Under the pieces are notes generated by a model. That model did not search any database and was not told where the DNA came from. It saw only the letters and a list, made by a program, of their open reading frames with translations. Of a DNA stretch of 64,000 nt, positions 42,766-57,329 are shown one piece after another. The stretch spans positions 2,418,001-2,482,000 of the forward strand of contig OX597837.1 in assembly GCA_951406725.2 (NCBI GenBank), written 5' to 3'. This stretch comes from Octopus vulgaris. Lineage: Eukaryota. The first letter of the stretch is position 1. Each line of letters starts with the position of its first letter. The position numbers were made by a program, and so were the translations under genes.

Positions 42766-42916
42766 TATACACACACATATATTTATAAACTTAGTAAAGC
42801 TGCAAAATTATCACAAAAACTGTTACTCAAAGTTTCAAGGTCCCGCTCGTCGGACGGTTGTGGTGAAAGCTGAAATAGAAATGTGGTGCAACATGTAATA
42901 TAGTGTGAACTAATTC

Positions 42917-43101
42917 AAATACACAAATAAGCATTTAAATTTGACAGTGTGGTTGCTTTTCAAAGCATAGCGGTGTAATACGCATTACCAACAGGGTATT
43001 TGAGAGGCGGAGTTTGAAAATTACCAGTAACGAGTATCTACATTTAGAATTCAACTACTATCTTTTCCACCTTGTTTTGCACTTACGTGCTCACATCTGT
43101 A

Positions 43102-43170
<69 letters not shown>

Positions 43171-43203
43171 GCATATATATGTGTGTGTGTTTATATGTAT
43201 ATA

Positions 43204-43239
<36 letters not shown>

Positions 43240-43387
43240 TGTATGTATATATATATATCTGTGTGTGTATATATGTATATATATATATGTATATATGTAT
43301 ATGCATATATATATATATGTATATATATGTACATGTATATATATATATATGTATATATATATGCATATGTATATATGTATATGTATG

Positions 43388-43418
<31 letters not shown>

Positions 43419-43446
43419 GTATATGTATATGTATGTATATATATAC

Positions 43447-43479
<33 letters not shown>

Positions 43480-43667
43480 TATAAATACACAAATAAGCAT
43501 TTAAATTTGACAGTGTGGTTGCTTTTCAAAGCATAGCGGTGTAATACGCATTACCAACAGGGTATTTGAGAGGCGGAGTTTGAAAATTACCAGTAACGAG
43601 TATCTACATTTAGAATTCAACTACTATCTTTTCCACCTTGTTTTGCACTTACGTGCTCACATCTGTA

Positions 43668-43734
<67 letters not shown>

Positions 43735-43754
43735 GCATATATATGTGTGTGTGT

Positions 43755-43813
<59 letters not shown>

Positions 43814-43961
43814 TGTATGTATATATATATATCTGTGTGTGTATATATGTATATATATATATGTATATATGTATATGCATATATATATATATATGTATAT
43901 ATATGTACATGTATATATATATATGTATATATATATTCATATGTATATATGTATATGTATG

Positions 43962-43992
<31 letters not shown>

Positions 43993-44019
43993 GTATATGT
44001 ATGTATATATATACATATA

Positions 44020-44085
<66 letters not shown>
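42917..44085. repeat. ~566-bp tandem duplication (unique ~190 bp plus TA-rich tract)
   Basis: 42917-43105 appears identical to 43483-43671; paired ORFs 43014/43580 and 43072/43638 are offset by 566. Confidence 0.95.
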
Positions 44086-44086
<1 letters not shown>

Positions 44087-44094
44087 GTTTATAA

Positions 44095-44148
<54 letters not shown>

Positions 44149-44314
44149 TTAATTTATATTTATACTGTGAAATTTGATTTAATCCTAAATCTAATTTTCC
44201 CTGTAAGTTTGGATATACTCCCTAATATTATTATTATTATTATATATATATACATACATACATACATACATACATACATACATACATACATACATACATA
44301 CATACATACATACA

Positions 44315-44345
<31 letters not shown>

Positions 44346-44448
44346 GTGGTGTGTTGTGAATATATGAAAAGAAATCCCATAAAACTCAACTATTTTGATA
44401 AAAATGGAGATGAGAAGGTGTTAAAATATATGATAGAATTTTGATTCA

Positions 44449-44562
44449 TGCAGATGATCGTTTCGTACAGCGATATAAAAATCATGCAAATTCATAGTTG
44501 AATCGAATTAAATTAATTAGATTAAATTAAATTAACTATATATCACTGTACTCTTCAGTGCA
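44449..44562 (-). ncRNA. Type-I hammerhead ribozyme with long stem II
   Basis: TGCA-CTGAAGA-GTACAGTGATATA...TATATCGCTGTAC-GAAAC-GATC-ATC-TGCA; 13-bp stem II, 4-bp stem I, C.A mismatch in stem III. Confidence 0.85.
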
Positions 44563-44722
44563 AGAAATATAAAAAATTTTTTTTTACAAAGGACTTGGGA
44601 AAGGGAAAAGCAGAATAGGATCTAGAAAATTCACATATATCCTTACGAGAAAGAAATATATGTGTGAGTCTAGTTATGTATTAACTAAAACTAAAGTCAA
44701 TAATGGTTATTTGAAAAAATAT

Positions 44723-44769
<47 letters not shown>

Positions 44770-44999
44770 ATTAGAGAGTATATAATGTTTATTCATTTTC
44801 TTGTACATTTTTGTGATCTAGATATATGTTTAATAACATATTTTATTTTTTCTATATGGTATGGTTTGTGTCTATCATTGTTTGAATTACATAATAGTGT
44901 TTTTTTCTCTAATTTATATATGTATATATATATATATATATACTCATCATCTCACTCCACGGCACCACCTCTGGCTTCCAGCTTCACTCCTCTACAGTT

Positions 45000-45224
45000 G
45001 CTGCAGCTATCGATCATAACGATGTTGATGGTGATGATGATGATGACGATGACAATGACGTCGATGATGATGATAGTGATGATGATGTTGACGATGGTGA
45101 TGATGACGACGATGATGACGACAACGATAATTATGATAATGGTGATGATGATGACGATAGTGATGGTGTTGGTGTTTGTGGTGGTGGTGGTGGTGGTAGT
45201 AGTGATGACGATGGTAATAATGAC

Positions 45225-45258
<34 letters not shown>

Positions 45259-45914
45259 GTGATTCTGTTTCTGTTACCGTTCTTTCATTCCTGGGACCAA
45301 AAAATGCCTTCATTTGGCCTTAATCAACCACAACAAAAATAACCACGATTTCTTCCATCCCCAACCCAACCCTACCCACCACCACCAACACCACAACAAA
45401 ACATTTTTGTCTTCCCACCCGCCCCTTATCCGCACCCTCCCCCTCTAAAATTGCTTCCTAGTCGCCCGGGCGAATCCAGTCTCCGTTGCCTGTGGCTACT
45501 TATTACCGTTACCAGTACACCCCACCACTAATACATCCATGACCACCTCCACAAAGTCACAATTATCGCCGCAACAACAATCCACCACCATCATACCACC
45601 AACACCGCTGTCTTCACAACCATCAATGCCACCAGCAACACAACTTCCACTACCACCACCACCACCACCACCATCACCACCACCATCACCATCATCACCA
45701 TCATCACCATCACCACCATCACCACCAACTAACCCTATCGCTACTATCATCACCTCCACTACCCGAGAACCACAACCACTACCACCACCACCACCACCGC
45801 TACCACAGGTTTGATATATACCCCAAACCATCCATCCATATATGTCCACCACCCCTAAATCTGGGACCGACATTCACACAATATTAATAAAGTGACGTCA
45901 CCAACCTAACTTTC

Positions 45915-45975
<61 letters not shown>

Positions 45976-46623
45976 GTGGAACTTTTTAAGATTAAAAGAA
46001 AATTCCTGCGTTTTGACCTGACCAATATTTGGTGCTTCAGGGGAGGAACCGGAATATAAATAAAGCCAAGAAGACAAAGGGTAGATGCGGGGGGGGGGGG
46101 CTTTTTGGTGTTGTCGTCGTTATTATTAGGAGGCCTTTTTTTGTTTGTTTTTTTTTCTTTTTCTCTTTTCGTTTTCGTTTTTCTTTATTTTGATCTTTTT
46201 CTTTTCTTTCTTTTTTATTCCGTTTATTCTTTCACTTCTCCTCCTCCTCCTCCTCCTCCTCCTCCAACATCCACGTTTTCTTCTACTTCTCCTTTAATAT
46301 ATCTTAATGTTTTTTTTTTCTTTTTTATTCTCCTTTTAATGGATGATGTATATATGTATGTGTGTATGTGTATGTGTGTGTATGACTATATGAATGCATG
46401 TATGCATATCTGCATGTGTGTGAGACTGACTGTGGGCATGTCTATGTGTGTACATGCATGTATATGTGTATGTGTGTATGTGTGTGTGTTTAATGATATG
46501 TATATATATAAGTATATAAATATATATATATATGTATATATATATATGTATGTATATATATGATATGTATATATATGTATATATATGCATGTATATATAT
46601 ATGTATATAAATATATATATATG

Positions 46624-46676
<53 letters not shown>

Positions 46677-47240
46677 TATACACACACACTTGCCCGCACA
46701 GTGACATATGAATACACTCTCCATGCATTTGTTCATCTGTCTGTGTTTCTGTTTGTTTTGTTACTTCCCCGTCTTTCCTTCCTTGCCTCTCCCCTTTCAA
46801 TGCTGACCTTCGATCCAAACCCTTTCTTCTTGCCTTCGGTTTCTGTTTGTTCGCTGCACTTTTATTTACCTAATGTACACCCACCACCAACACCGACTAT
46901 ATTACCAACAACAACAACACTGCCACTACCACCACTACCACCACCAACACACCAACACCACCACACAAGCATCACCAACACCACCACACCACCAACACCA
47001 ATAACACCACCACCACCAATATCCCACTACTAACACCAAAACACCACCAACCCCAACACCACCTCTACCACCACCCACATCGCCAGCACCAACAACAACA
47101 CCGCTACTAGCTCCAGTACCTCAAGCCCCATAACAACCGCTACAACTACCACCGCAACTGCCATCCAGCACCACCACCACCACCACCACCCCTCAATCCC
47201 CGCCGCCTCTGCTGCCACCAACACCACCACCAACCCTCTA
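45000..47240. repeat. Low-complexity GAT/ACC/CT/TA tracts
   Basis: Direct observation. Confidence 0.8.
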
Positions 47241-47864
47241 CCGCTGCAAAACTAAAGCCGAAGAGGAAGCCACTAAGTGGTTGCTGGGTACGCAAGAAAT
47301 AGCAGTTAAGTTTCCGCAAAGCTGATACTAACGTCTTGAATAAAAGGTCAGCAATAAACGGGATAGCCATACTTGAAACGTCTTCTGTGATACTGTGATA
47401 TGTCCACTTAATCAGGGTTGATGTAGGGCAATAACAACAACAACCATAATCACTACGGACCAACAACTGACCAATGTACGTGGTCAGTCGTCCCAATAGA
47501 AAGAGTAGTCAAATCACCCTCAAACCACACATTGCAATTGAAACTAAGAAAACACATCAAAAATTTTTGTGTTTATTTTTATTCTTTATTAATTTTGATA
47601 AGATGAAGGACAGCACCCATAACCATCGCGCTCCCATACTCCGCACTCCACACTCCACACCGAGGCTCGCAGTATTAATTTTGTTAACAGGGGCCGAAGG
47701 ATTGGGTACTGCCGGTAAGGAATTCAATCTGTTCGACTAAACCCCTTCATGGCGGTGCCCCAGCATGGCCACAGTCACGTGAAACAGTTGAATAAAGATA
47801 AAAAGGTATCATGTCATATTCCAGTCGCACAGAAAATGATTTATCAAAATAAAGATTTGAATAA

Positions 47865-48220
47865 AACAATATTTGCTTCCCAACCACATCGTTACGGGTT
47901 CAGTCCCACTTCATGACACCTTGGGGTAAGTTTCAAACCGGCCAAATCTTTGTGAGTGGATCCGGTAGACGGAAACTGAAAGAAGACTATTTGTATGTGT
48001 GTATAAATTATTTATCTCCTCTATCACCACTTGACAACCGGTGTTGGTGTGTTTACGTCACCATAACTTAGTGGTTCGGCAAACGAAACCCGATAGAATA
48101 AGTATTCGGCTTACATGGAATAAGTTCTGGAGTCAATTTTTTCAACTAATATCCTTCAAGCTGGTGCTCCAGCATGGCCTCTGTCTAATGACTGAAACAA
48201 ATAAAGGAATAAAAGAATAA
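47865..48220 (+). mobile_element. SINE family B
   Basis: GGGTTCAGTCCCAC...GGTAGACGGAAACTGAAAGAAG...GGTGCTCCAGCATGGCC. Confidence 0.75.
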
Positions 48221-48229
48221 AATTTAAAC

Positions 48230-48488
48230 GGGCATATGGCATTGTGGTTAAGAGCGCGGGCTACTAACCCCAAGATTCCGAGTTCGATTCCAGGAAGTGA
48301 CCTGAATAATAATAAGAAGAAGAATACCTTGGGAACGACAACACAGGTTCGAAATTTCCCCAAGATACCTGGTGAAGCCTGGAGGGTATATGAGCCGAAA
48401 CGTTGTTTTAACAACAAACAAGATGAGGACAAATATCCGCCAAATGTAAATAATGTACATTTTCCCTCGTCTCTTAAATATAGAACTG
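48230..48488 (+). mobile_element. Full-architecture tRNA head + (AAT)n + HHR-tail element (SINE-HHR family)
   Basis: A box TGGCATTGTGG, B box GAGTTCGATTCC, AATAATAATAAG linker, then the same body as 33645-33820 including a decayed HHR (CTGGTGA...GCCGAAACGTTGT, 48364-48409). Confidence 0.82.
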
Positions 48489-48849
48489 AAAAATATTTAA
48501 TGTTGATTTTTTTTTTTAATATCAAGGAAAGAAACTCCGCACATTACGCTGTCAGCGGGCCTAACATGGGTGAAGGGAGATGGAGAGACGGGAGAACCTA
48601 AAGTGCTTGAAGTAATGTGGGTCGAACCTGGTGGCTTCGGTCAGTAGAGGCCATTATAGTTGTGCTAAAGAAAGAGAGAGAAGACAGCAGATCTGAAGGA
48701 GAATGATGGGAGTGTATTGGTGAGGCTTAAATATAATGATTGGAAATAAAACGAAATGGTCTCTGCTGAAAATCTTTTTTCATCATCGGTCTGTTTAATA
48801 AGAGCTGATTTAGAAATAAGTTACATCCATCAATATTGTTATTATTAAA

Positions 48850-49110
48850 GCGACAGGCAAGGCAGAGAACTGACGGAATCGTTAACACACGGGACAAAAT
48901 GCTTAGCGGTTTTGTGCCTGCCTCTATGTTCTGAATGCAAGTTCCACCGTGGTCGAGTTTGCCTTTTATCCTTTCGTGGTCCATAAATTAAGAACCAGTG
49001 AAACTCGGGTATCGATGTATTCCACTAGTCCCCTCCCCAATATTGGGGGGATCGATCTAATTGACTTACCCCTCCCCCGAATTGGCGGGTTTTGCGCCAA
49101 AATTTTAAAT
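48850..49110 (+). mobile_element. SINE family A, degenerate
   Basis: GAATCGTTAAC...GGTCGAGTTTGCCTTTTATCCTTTCG. Confidence 0.7.
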
Positions 49111-49178
49111 CATTTTTAATAATGCAGCCATCCGCCATTTTCAGCGCCAAAACTGCTGGTTCCTTCATGACACTTTCT

Positions 49179-49288
<110 letters not shown>

Positions 49289-49329
49289 CCCTATCTAGCT
49301 ATCTATCTATCCATTTATCTCCCTTACTA

Positions 49330-49365
<36 letters not shown>

Positions 49366-49453
49366 GACAGAGAGACAGAGAGACAGACAGACAGACAGAC
49401 AGGCAGACAGAGACAGAGATAGAGAGATAGATAGATAGATAGATACATGCATG

Positions 49454-49493
<40 letters not shown>

Positions 49494-49576
49494 ATCCATA
49501 TAGCCAACCACCTATCCGTCAATCTATACATTAATCTAACTAATCATCTAGCTATCTGTCTATCTATCCATCTGTC

Positions 49577-49607
<31 letters not shown>

Positions 49608-49654
49608 CTGTCCACCTATCTATCAATCTATCTATCTATCTATCTATCTATCTA

Positions 49655-49707
<53 letters not shown>

Positions 49708-50192
49708 GTTTGTCTATCACTTTAGCAATGTCCATTCATCTATATTTATATCTATCTACATATCCTTCTCTAATACTTTCTCACTTTTTCTTCGTCTCTC
49801 ATTTTTCAGCGTCTTTAAACTGGAAATAAACAAAAAGAACGAGAAAACACTTCCCATGTAGATCCACCCTCACACGGACATACTCCATTTAAAGACACGC
49901 ACACTGCATATACACGCGCGCGCGCGCACAGACAAACACACACACACAGGCACGCATATATATATTTATAAATACATACATATATACAAATGTATATGTT
50001 GGTATCTGTACCCCCGAATATGTATGTATACACATGTACATGTATGAATATATCTATATACATGCATATATGTAAATACGTGCATGTGTACAGTAATATA
50101 ATCATCCCCATACAAATACGCACACATACACACACACGCACACACACACATATATATACATACATATATGTATATATATGTACGTATGCATG

Positions 50193-50238
<46 letters not shown>

Positions 50239-50283
50239 CATTGCGGGGTATTTTTATATGCATACATATATATGCTGTTATAC

Positions 50284-50334
<51 letters not shown>

Positions 50335-50340
50335 ATATAT

Positions 50341-50410
<70 letters not shown>

Positions 50411-51754
50411 ATATATCTTTATATATATATATTTATACATACAAATATATATATACATATATATAATGTATGTGTATATATATATATATATATATAAATA
50501 TACATATTGCGCGCGCGCCTGTGTGCATATCTACATACCAACGCCGGAAGACACGACCTAAAAATGTTTCGACCAGTATCGGTTCACCGCTCGCTCGCTC
50601 GATCTCTCCACCGCCATTTTCTCTCTCTTTTTCCAAATCTCAATATTAGATCCGAGGGTCCTTTGTTGCAGGCTGTTTGCAGTAGATTCTTGATTAAAAG
50701 CATGACGGCTCTAAAAATAACACCATCTCAAGACCTCGAGATATTCTTACAAGTCCAATCTTTATTCGCTTCCTTCATTTCATTCTGGACTTCTAACCGC
50801 TTCGACCCCTCCCCGCCGCTCCAACACTCATATTCTTTCATTCTCTGACTCTTTCGTTCCTTTCACTAAACATTACCATTCTTACCATTCGTCTTTTTTA
50901 ATCAAGAGAGATTCTTCGACAGCTAAAATACGCCGTCCTGGAACGAGCAACGAGTTACTCAATAACTGCCCTCAAGCAAGAAGCGGATACATCGACGCAT
51001 TTATGCATGTATGTACATGGGTGTATGTATGTATGCATGCATGTAATGTATGTACGTATGTATGCATGCAACTATGTATTACGTTTGTATGTGAGTATCT
51101 ATATGTGTATGTATGCATGCATGCTTGTATACATGCATGTATATACGTACGTATGTATGTATTTATGCATGCATGTATGTACATATATGTATGTATGCAT
51201 ATATGTCTGTCTGCATGTGTCTGTGTATGTATGTATGTGTGTATGCATGTATGTATGCATGCATGTATGTATGTTTGTATGTATATATGTATGTATGCAT
51301 GTATTTATGTATGTATGTATGTGTGTGTGTATGCATGTATGTATGAATGTATGTAAGCATACATATATGTATGTATGCATGTATTTATACATGCATGCAG
51401 CTATGTATGTACGTTTGTATGTATGTATTTATGCATGCATGTACGTACATGTATGTATGTATGCATATATGTCTGTATGTATGTATGCTTGTATGTACAT
51501 GTATGCATTGTGTATGTATGCATGTATGTCTGCATGTATGTCACTACGTTCTTTTCTGTCTATATACGGATATGTGTATAATCGCACGTGTGCATGTGTG
51601 TATTTGTACATCTACTGACAAACGTATGGGCCCAACGAACAGATGAACCCGCGTGATATTCTTCCATATCTACCTATACGTAGCTGTATGTGTTGATTGT
51701 GCGTTTGTATTAGTATAAGCATATAGGTTTTTTCTATACGTGTTTATATATCTG

Positions 51755-52200
51755 AATGGCTCAGTGGTTAGAGCCTTTTATTTGAAATCATGAGTTAATG
51801 AGTTCGATTCCCGGTCCGGTATGTGTGTTGTGTTATGCTCTTGAGCAAGACACTTTATTTCACGTTGCTCCAGTTCACTCATCTGTAGAAATGAGTTGCA
51901 ACATCACTGGTGCCAAACTGTATTGGCCCCTGTGCCTTTCCCTCGAACAACATCGGTGGCATAGAGAGGGGTGGCTTGTATGCATGGGTGACTGCTGGTC
52001 TTCCGTATACAACCTTGCCCAGACTTTTGCCTCAGCGGGGAACTTTCCAGGTGCAAATCCTTTGGTCCTTCATGACCGAAGCGGGTCTTCTTTACCTTTC
52101 CTGGTAACATATTGGTAATATGCACATATTACCAATTGATCGATAACCGATGAAGAATTACGGACCTTCCGTTTGTCAACCATTCATTTTTACATTTAGT
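51755..52200 (+). mobile_element. tRNA-derived SINE with CORE-like central domain
   Basis: TGGCTCAGTGGTTAG, GAGTTCGATTCCC, CTTGAGCAAGACACTTTATTTCAC...CTGTAGAAATGAG; related copies 57768-58045 (+) and 58520-58740 (-). Confidence 0.78.
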
Positions 52201-52276
52201 ATACATCAAGTCATTTGTTTATTTACCATACATTTTTTTCATTTATTAAGCAATGGAACGCAACACACACCGAATT

Positions 52277-52311
<35 letters not shown>

Positions 52312-52489
52312 GGTGGCTTATTCGCAATTTACAACCGAAACGCAGAAGTATATACGTCACTAAAGTGACTAAGGGTAGTAGTAAGAAATAGCAATGCTAG
52401 ATATAAGAGTCAAAACAACTCTTAGCCACGATGAAGCACTTACCTTATGACTGACAAGAGAAGCAAGCTCCCTACAGCATCAGGGGCAT

Positions 52490-52538
52490 AGCATGATCAC
52501 CAGTGACTTCGCATTTATATTAATGCTCATCAGTGGCT
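52490..52538 (-). ncRNA. Hammerhead-like motif with GAAG core variant
   Basis: AGCCA-CTGATGA-GCATT-AATATA-AATGC-GAAG-TCAC-TG-GTGA-TC-ATGCT; stems II and III pair, stem I only partly. Confidence 0.62.
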
Positions 52539-52634
52539 CTTATCCAGCTGCCTGGGGTTAAGCTGGCTCGTCTTGTCGGTTTCTAAGAGTCACTGTGGAA
52601 ATTGTACGCTGAGTTTATAAATGGTAAAAGTGAA

Positions 52635-52990
52635 AAGTTTGCTTCCTAACCATAGTTCCCGGTTCAGGTCCTCTGTCTGACACATTGGGCAGGTATCTTC
52701 TACGATAGCTTCGGGCCGACCAAATATTTGTGTGAATTTGTGAATTTTGTAGACGGAAACTGAAAGAAGCCGGTCGTGTATATTTTATGTGGTGAGGGGT
52801 TCTTTCTCCCAGTACAGCTTCACAACCGGTGTTGGTGTGTTAACTTAATGGTTCGGCAAAAGTGACCGATACAACAAGTTTTTAAAACGATAAATACTGG
52901 TATCGATTCATTCGACTAAGATTGGTCAAGTCGGAGCCCCAGAATGGCCGCAGTCCAATGACTGAAGCAAGTAAAAGATAAAAGATAAAT
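52635..52990 (+). mobile_element. SINE family B, degenerate
   Basis: GTAGACGGAAACTGAAAGAAGCC...CCCCAGAATGGCCGCAGTC. Confidence 0.72.
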
Positions 52991-53011
52991 GATAAACACA
53001 CATAAACCTGA

Positions 53012-53113
<102 letters not shown>

Positions 53114-53152
53114 ATATATATACATATATATATAGGTATATATGCATGTATA

Positions 53153-53207
<55 letters not shown>

Positions 53208-53972
53208 CCTTTTATACATATCTTATTTTTTTATATTTTTAAATTTTATATCTTTTACATTTTTATGTATGTATACATATAAACACACACACACAATTAC
53301 ATATATATACATATATGTGTTTATATATATACACACACAGACATATATTCTCTATTCTTGCCCTCTCTTTCTTACTCTGCTCCTTCGTTTTCTTCCTCTC
53401 TGTTGCCTCCTAGTTCCCTCTCTCAACACTTCCTCTACAATGCCACGTGACCGGTGCCCGGTAAAATCGGTGTCGTTCTTTTTTGCCCTGCCTTTGATCA
53501 GACTACTCACGCTCTTGCTACGTCCATTCTATCCTCTAAACCTTACTCTTATTTTCTCTTTGCGCAACCCCATGTAATTCGTTCGACAGCTTCAAAGCTA
53601 TTTTTGTTGTATTTGTGGTATATATATAATTATTATCTTCTTCAGTTGTATATAGCCGTAAGGCATCGTGCTGTTATATATGCATAATTCATTGCCTGTT
53701 GTATTTATGTAATGTCTTGTTTGTTTCTGTCTTATCACACATTCGCTAGCTTTTTCCCTGTAGCTTTATAAAAGCACTGGCGCCTGCAAAATTGGGTAGT
53801 ATCAAAGGTAACTGACGTGAAACTGCTATGATATTTTGCGTCTTTGACTGAAGAGGAAATCTCAACGGCGAATATTCCGCGTATCGTGTCGTTGTTTAAT
53901 TTCCCGTCCGTTTAGTTTTCGTCTACACTGCTTTCATCTAACTTTTATCTTGTATTCTTTCTGTTCAACCCT

Positions 53973-54036
<64 letters not shown>

Positions 54037-55036
54037 ACATAGGCACACATACACACTTAAACACATGCACATACACACACGTAATAACGTTTTCCGAGTT
54101 CAATAGCGCTGCGTACGTCTTAGTCTGGAGTCTATTAGTAGAGACCCTCGCAGACAAAGTCCTGTGAATGAATTCAGTTTGTAACGACTTTCTGGAAGCC
54201 CGTTGGATATGTGTGTGTGTGTGTGTGAGTGTGTGTATGACTGTGTGTGTGTCAGATACACATAGATATGGCGACGTTTGAACAAGTTTTTCAAAATTAA
54301 TGATTCATTTTGAAAAGGAATTCGAATAATTTAATCCTAAATTTATATATAAACTCACACACATATATATTGTGTACATAAGATATATGCGCACATACCT
54401 AACCACATATAAGCATGTATCTATACATCGTAATCAAGTGCGATGTATGTATGTATGTATGTATATATGGAAATGTGTGTGTGCGGTAGTGAGTGTGTAT
54501 GTATGTATAATATGTATATATTCATGGATGGACGGATGCATGTGTATAGGTGTATCTATATAAAGATTGCCTGCAGCGCGAATTTCATTTAGTTTGTTGT
54601 TAATTTAATATAAAATTCAAAAGGAGTCTTATCTTGAAAAATTAAAATTTAAAAGTAGAAAATAGACCCAGTTAAAAAATGAGCGACTTGTGGTAGCAGT
54701 TAATTACACACAAACACCTACCCATACACACACATGTATGTATTATATATAAGTATGTGTGAGTATATATATATATATATATATGTTTTCACACACATAC
54801 ACATATATAAATATATATCTATATAGGAGAGTGTGTGTGTGTGTGTGCTATAATTGTAACATAAATGTGCACGTATGCATGTATCTACACATACATACAT
54901 ACACACACACACACACGCACATATATATATATGCATACGTATATATATATATGCATACGTATATACACACACACTAACGTATATACACATCATATGTATA
55001 CATATGTATATATATATGTGTGTATATATATATGTA

Positions 55037-55079
<43 letters not shown>

Positions 55080-55219
55080 ATAGCAATACAAGCAATAGTG
55101 CGTAGAAAATAGGCGAAAGTTGGTTGAAATTGTCTATGGTGTTATATTATTATTCTATATACATGTCTATATATATATACATATATATACATATACATAT
55201 ATATATATGCATATATGTG

Positions 55220-55270
<51 letters not shown>

Positions 55271-55310
55271 AGAGACCGACAGATTGATAGATAGATAGAT
55301 TGATAGATAT

Positions 55311-55384
<74 letters not shown>

Positions 55385-55955
55385 GATTTATATATATAGA
55401 TAGAGTGAAAGAATCATACAATATACATAGAGAGTGAAAGAATCATACAGTATATATACACGTATATGTTATATAATACATATAAAATATATATATGTAT
55501 ATAGACATGTTCATATGTATGCATGTATGTATGTCTAAACAAGCAGCAGGCTGAGCGAGGAGTGTGAGAGCGTGTTTCTGCGATGTGCTCCACCATCATT
55601 ATTCTTCGGTCGCAACTGAAGGGATGATGTTATAAACATTAACAATTCACCGAAAACCTGCAAAAATAAATACGAAACCATTTTCTTTGATATATCGGTC
55701 TTTATGGATACAGTAAAAACAACACTTCTGTGAAATATTGTTGTCAAAGACCACCATGAAAGGAGAATATCTCCTGGAATTTGTATCAATTCCAAGACAC
55801 AAATGACAATAAAATAATAACCACAGATATCTAAAAGCGTCAGGAAATTTTTACCAAATTTCGCTGGAATATGGAATGAATATTCAGATATCCCAAACGT
55901 AGGAAATATAATGATTATAGAGTTTCCGGAGGCTTATAAGTAAATAAATATACAC

Positions 55956-55997
<42 letters not shown>

Positions 55998-56039
55998 GTG
56001 TGTGTATGTATGTATGTATGTATATATGTATATGTATAA

Positions 56040-56070
<31 letters not shown>

Positions 56071-56229
56071 CTTATATATATATATAAACACACATACATA
56101 TAGATATGTAAATATGTCTATATATATACATATATATAAATATGCATACGTATATATATACACACACATATATACATATATATATATACTTATATATGTA
56201 TGTATATACAGTATATACACACGCACACA

Positions 56230-56275
<46 letters not shown>

Positions 56276-56378
56276 GTGGGCCGTATACATTGTATATATC
56301 ATGTATATAAATTATACATGTATATGTGTATATATAAATTTTTTTCGTATGTATAAGTGTAGGCAACTAAATTAGAGG

Positions 56379-56489
<111 letters not shown>

Positions 56490-56682
56490 GTTGATGATGG
56501 ATGGATAGATAGCTAAAGACAGACAGACAGGCATATAGATTGACAGACAGATAACTAGATAACTATAGATATATGTATGTAGACAAATGAATATGCATAT
56601 ATACATATGTACTGATAGATACATGTATAGATATGTATTTCCTATAAATGCGTGTGTGTGCAAGTGTATGTATGTATATATA

Positions 56683-56734
<52 letters not shown>

Positions 56735-57036
56735 TTTATTGCTGAAGTCGACAAAATAAATACCAGTCCTAAATCCCTCCGCTGAAATTGCAGTTATAGA
56801 AGTGACTCGTGACCGAGAGTTTCATTGCAAGGGAATACCTCTTTCGAACCGTGAATCTTTGAACGTCAGTGTCTGAGGAGAAAGAAGATATGTCTACTGG
56901 GAGGAGGGACGGCATTTAAGGGAAGAAGGATTGGGTATAGAAGTTGGTGCTGAATCTGGAGAGGTCTGATAAATGGGATGGGAATGCTTGAGTTAGAACT
57001 GATTTAAAAATACATATACGTATATATATAAACGCT

Positions 57037-57123
<87 letters not shown>

Positions 57124-57329
57124 AGGTGAAGGAAAGAGGAAAAAATTGACGTAGAGACGTCATTTATTTAATGTCAGTCAAATTGATGCAGAGAAATTCC
57201 TGCCTACAGCTGTTTCCACACCCAATCAATTCAATTAGAGAAATAAAATACAAATTCTCATATTCGAAACCAGTCTGACTTTGTTATAGGTTAGCCTATG
57301 CGTTGAAATGTGACTTCTTTTGGAAATTC

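Noticed and set aside
45496-45873. Pro-rich / Gly-rich ORFs on both strands
   Set aside because: (ACC)n low-complexity sequence
53848-53890. CTGAAGA-GGAA...TTCC-GCGTATCGTGTC hammerhead relic
   Set aside because: GAAA box and stem I are lost; counted only as decayed and not called as a feature
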